A stretch of 64,000 bases of DNA from Planctomycetota bacterium (lineage in GTDB: Bacteria > Planctomycetota > UBA1135 > UBA2386): NCBI GenBank assembly GCA_965223545.1, contig OZ245006.1:7456001-7520000 (forward strand), written 5' to 3'. The first letter of the stretch is position 1, and each line of letters starts with the position of its first letter. Position numbers and translations under genes: made by a program. The notes beneath the pieces were generated by a model that worked only from the letters and a program-made list of their open reading frames with translations, had not been told where the DNA came from and searched no databases. Below are positions 62,593-64,000 of the stretch, in pieces.

Positions 62593-64000
62593 ATGATGAC
62601 CAACACCCCGACCCGTGGCGCCTCCGGCAAGGAGAGCAAAGACGAGCAGATGATCCGCATGACGCGGAACATCGGCATCATCGCCCACATCGACGCGGGC
62701 AAGACCACCGTCAGCGAGCGCATCCTGTTCGTCACCGGCCGCAGCCACAAGGTCGGCGAGGTGCACGAAGGGGAGGCCACCATGGACTACCTCGAAGAGG
62801 AGCGCAAACGCGGCATCACGATCACGTCCGCCGCGACCTCGGCGAGCTGGAAGGACTACAAGATCAACATCATCGACACGCCCGGCCACGTCGACTTCAC
62901 CGCCGAGGTGGAGCGCTCGCTGCGCGTGTTGGATGGCGCGGTCGGCATCTTCTGCGGCGTGGCCGGTGTGCAGCCGCAGTCGGAGACGGTGTGGCGGCAG
63001 GCCAACAAGTACAAGGTGCCGCGCTTGGCCTTCGTCAACAAGATGGACCGGACCGGCGCCAACCTCGACCACGCGGTCGAGACCATGCGCGCGCGGCTCA
63101 ACGCGCGTCCGGTGCCGCTGCAGATGCCGATCGGCACCGAGGCGGGCTTCCGCGGCGTCGTCGACCTGATCGACATGAAGGCCTACACCTGGGACGAGAA
63201 CGCCAAGGACCTGCACATCAACGACGTGCCCGAGGACCTGCGGGCCGAGGCCGAGTCGCGCCGCGAGGCGATGATCGATGCCGTCGCCGAGTTCCACGAC
63301 GAGCTGCTCGAGAAGTTCGTCGAGGGCGAGCCGGTGACCAACGAGGAGATCAAGGCGGCGATCCGCAAGGGCACTCTGTCGCTCGGCATCACCCCGGTGC
63401 TGTGCGGCTCCGCCTTCAAGGACAAGGGCGTGCAGAACCTGATGGACGCCGTCGTCGACTACCTGCCCGCGCCCAACGAGGTGCCGCCGATCGAGGGCTT
63501 CCACCCCAAGACCGAGGAGAAGATCGTGCGAGGCTTGCACTCGGACGAGCCGCTCGGCGCGATGGCCTTCAAGACGATCTCCGACCCCAACGGCGATCTC
63601 ACCTTCATCCGCATCTACTCGGGCGTCCTGCGCAAGGGCGAGAAGTACATCAACGGCCGCACCGGCCGCACCGAGCGCATCGGCCGGTTGGTGCGGATGC
63701 ACGCCGCGCAGCGCGAGCCGCTCGAGGAGGCCAAGGCGGGCGACATCGTCGCCGCCATCGGCATCAAGGAGATGATGACCGGTGACTCCATCTGCGGCAA
63801 AGAGCACCCCGTCGTCTACGAGGCGATGCAGTTCCCGGACACGGTGATCTCGATGGGCATCGAGCCCAAGGTGCACGCCGATCGCGACAAGCTGGCCGAC
63901 GTGCTGTCCAAGCTGGTGCGCGAGGATCCCACCTTCACCGCGCGGACCGACGAGCAGACCGGGCAGACGCTGATCAACGGCATGGGCGAGCTGCACCTGG
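62593..64000 (+). CDS. fusA: Elongation factor G (partial, runs off window end)
   Basis: Translated by hand because it is absent from the ORF track: [37 protein letters not shown] and GMGELHL. Confidence 0.96.
   Translation, partial: MMTNTPTRGASGKESKDEQMIRMTRNIGIIAHIDAGKTTVSERILFVTGRSHKVGEVHEGEATMDYLEEERKRGITITSAATSASWKDYKINIIDTPGHVDFTAEVERSLRVLDGAVGIFCGVAGVQPQSETVWRQANKYKVPRLAFVNKMDRTGANLDHAVETMRARLNARPVPLQMPIGTEAGFRGVVDLIDMKAYTWDENAKDLHINDVPEDLRAEAESRREAMIDAVAEFHDELLEKFVEGEPVTNEEIKAAIRKGTLSLGITPVLCGSAFKDKGVQNLMDAVVDYLPAPNEVPPIEGFHPKTEEKIVRGLHSDEPLGAMAFKTISDPNGDLTFIRIYSGVLRKGEKYINGRTGRTERIGRLVRMHAAQREPLEEAKAGDIVAAIGIKEMMTGDSICGKEHPVVYEAMQFPDTVISMGIEPKVHADRDKLADVLSKLVREDPTFTARTDEQTGQTLINGMGELHL

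Noticed and set aside
60307..63996. Very long alternative-frame ORFs (e.g. 60307-63996, 21050-24742, 47754-50870, 55651-59055, 31663-34857)
   Set aside because: Shadow ORFs typical of very high GC DNA. They overlap well-supported genes and are low-complexity or motif-free.

Overview
A very GC-rich, gene-dense bacterial window. The gene content and secreted-protein style suggest an uncultured Planctomycetota; this is inference only. Left to right it holds: a partial KamA-family radical SAM gene; an exopolysaccharide cluster (Wzc/GumC-like co-polymerase, three GT4 glycosyltransferases, a nucleotidyltransferase, two tandem Wza-like exporters, a deacetylase and a sulfotransferase); and, interrupting that cluster, a more AT-rich ~7.7 kb tandem array of four paralogous secreted Kelch-like genes (one truncated, two intact, one split by a complete ISKra4-type IS and frameshifted) with a duplicated GT4 fragment. 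Next come a GHMP-kinase/UDP-sugar pyrophosphorylase fusion divergent from a NahK-like kinase, with a structured terminator-ended RNA candidate between them, and several large secreted proteins. The rest is housekeeping and enzyme genes: NagZ-AmiE fusion, MoaD-MoaE fusion, pepA, acs, KaiC-like ATPase, Usp, LonC-like protease, rhomboid, korAB, sulfatase, arylsulfotransferase and a partial stand-alone fusA. The most striking observation is that four unrelated families of secreted proteins (six genes) end in the same C-terminal domain, with an exactly spaced [GA]-x6-P-[LV]-x5-LVG-x5-Q motif, and have signal peptides followed by Gln. This points to a possibly undescribed C-terminal sorting or anchoring system. 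No rRNA, tRNA or CRISPR array was recognised.
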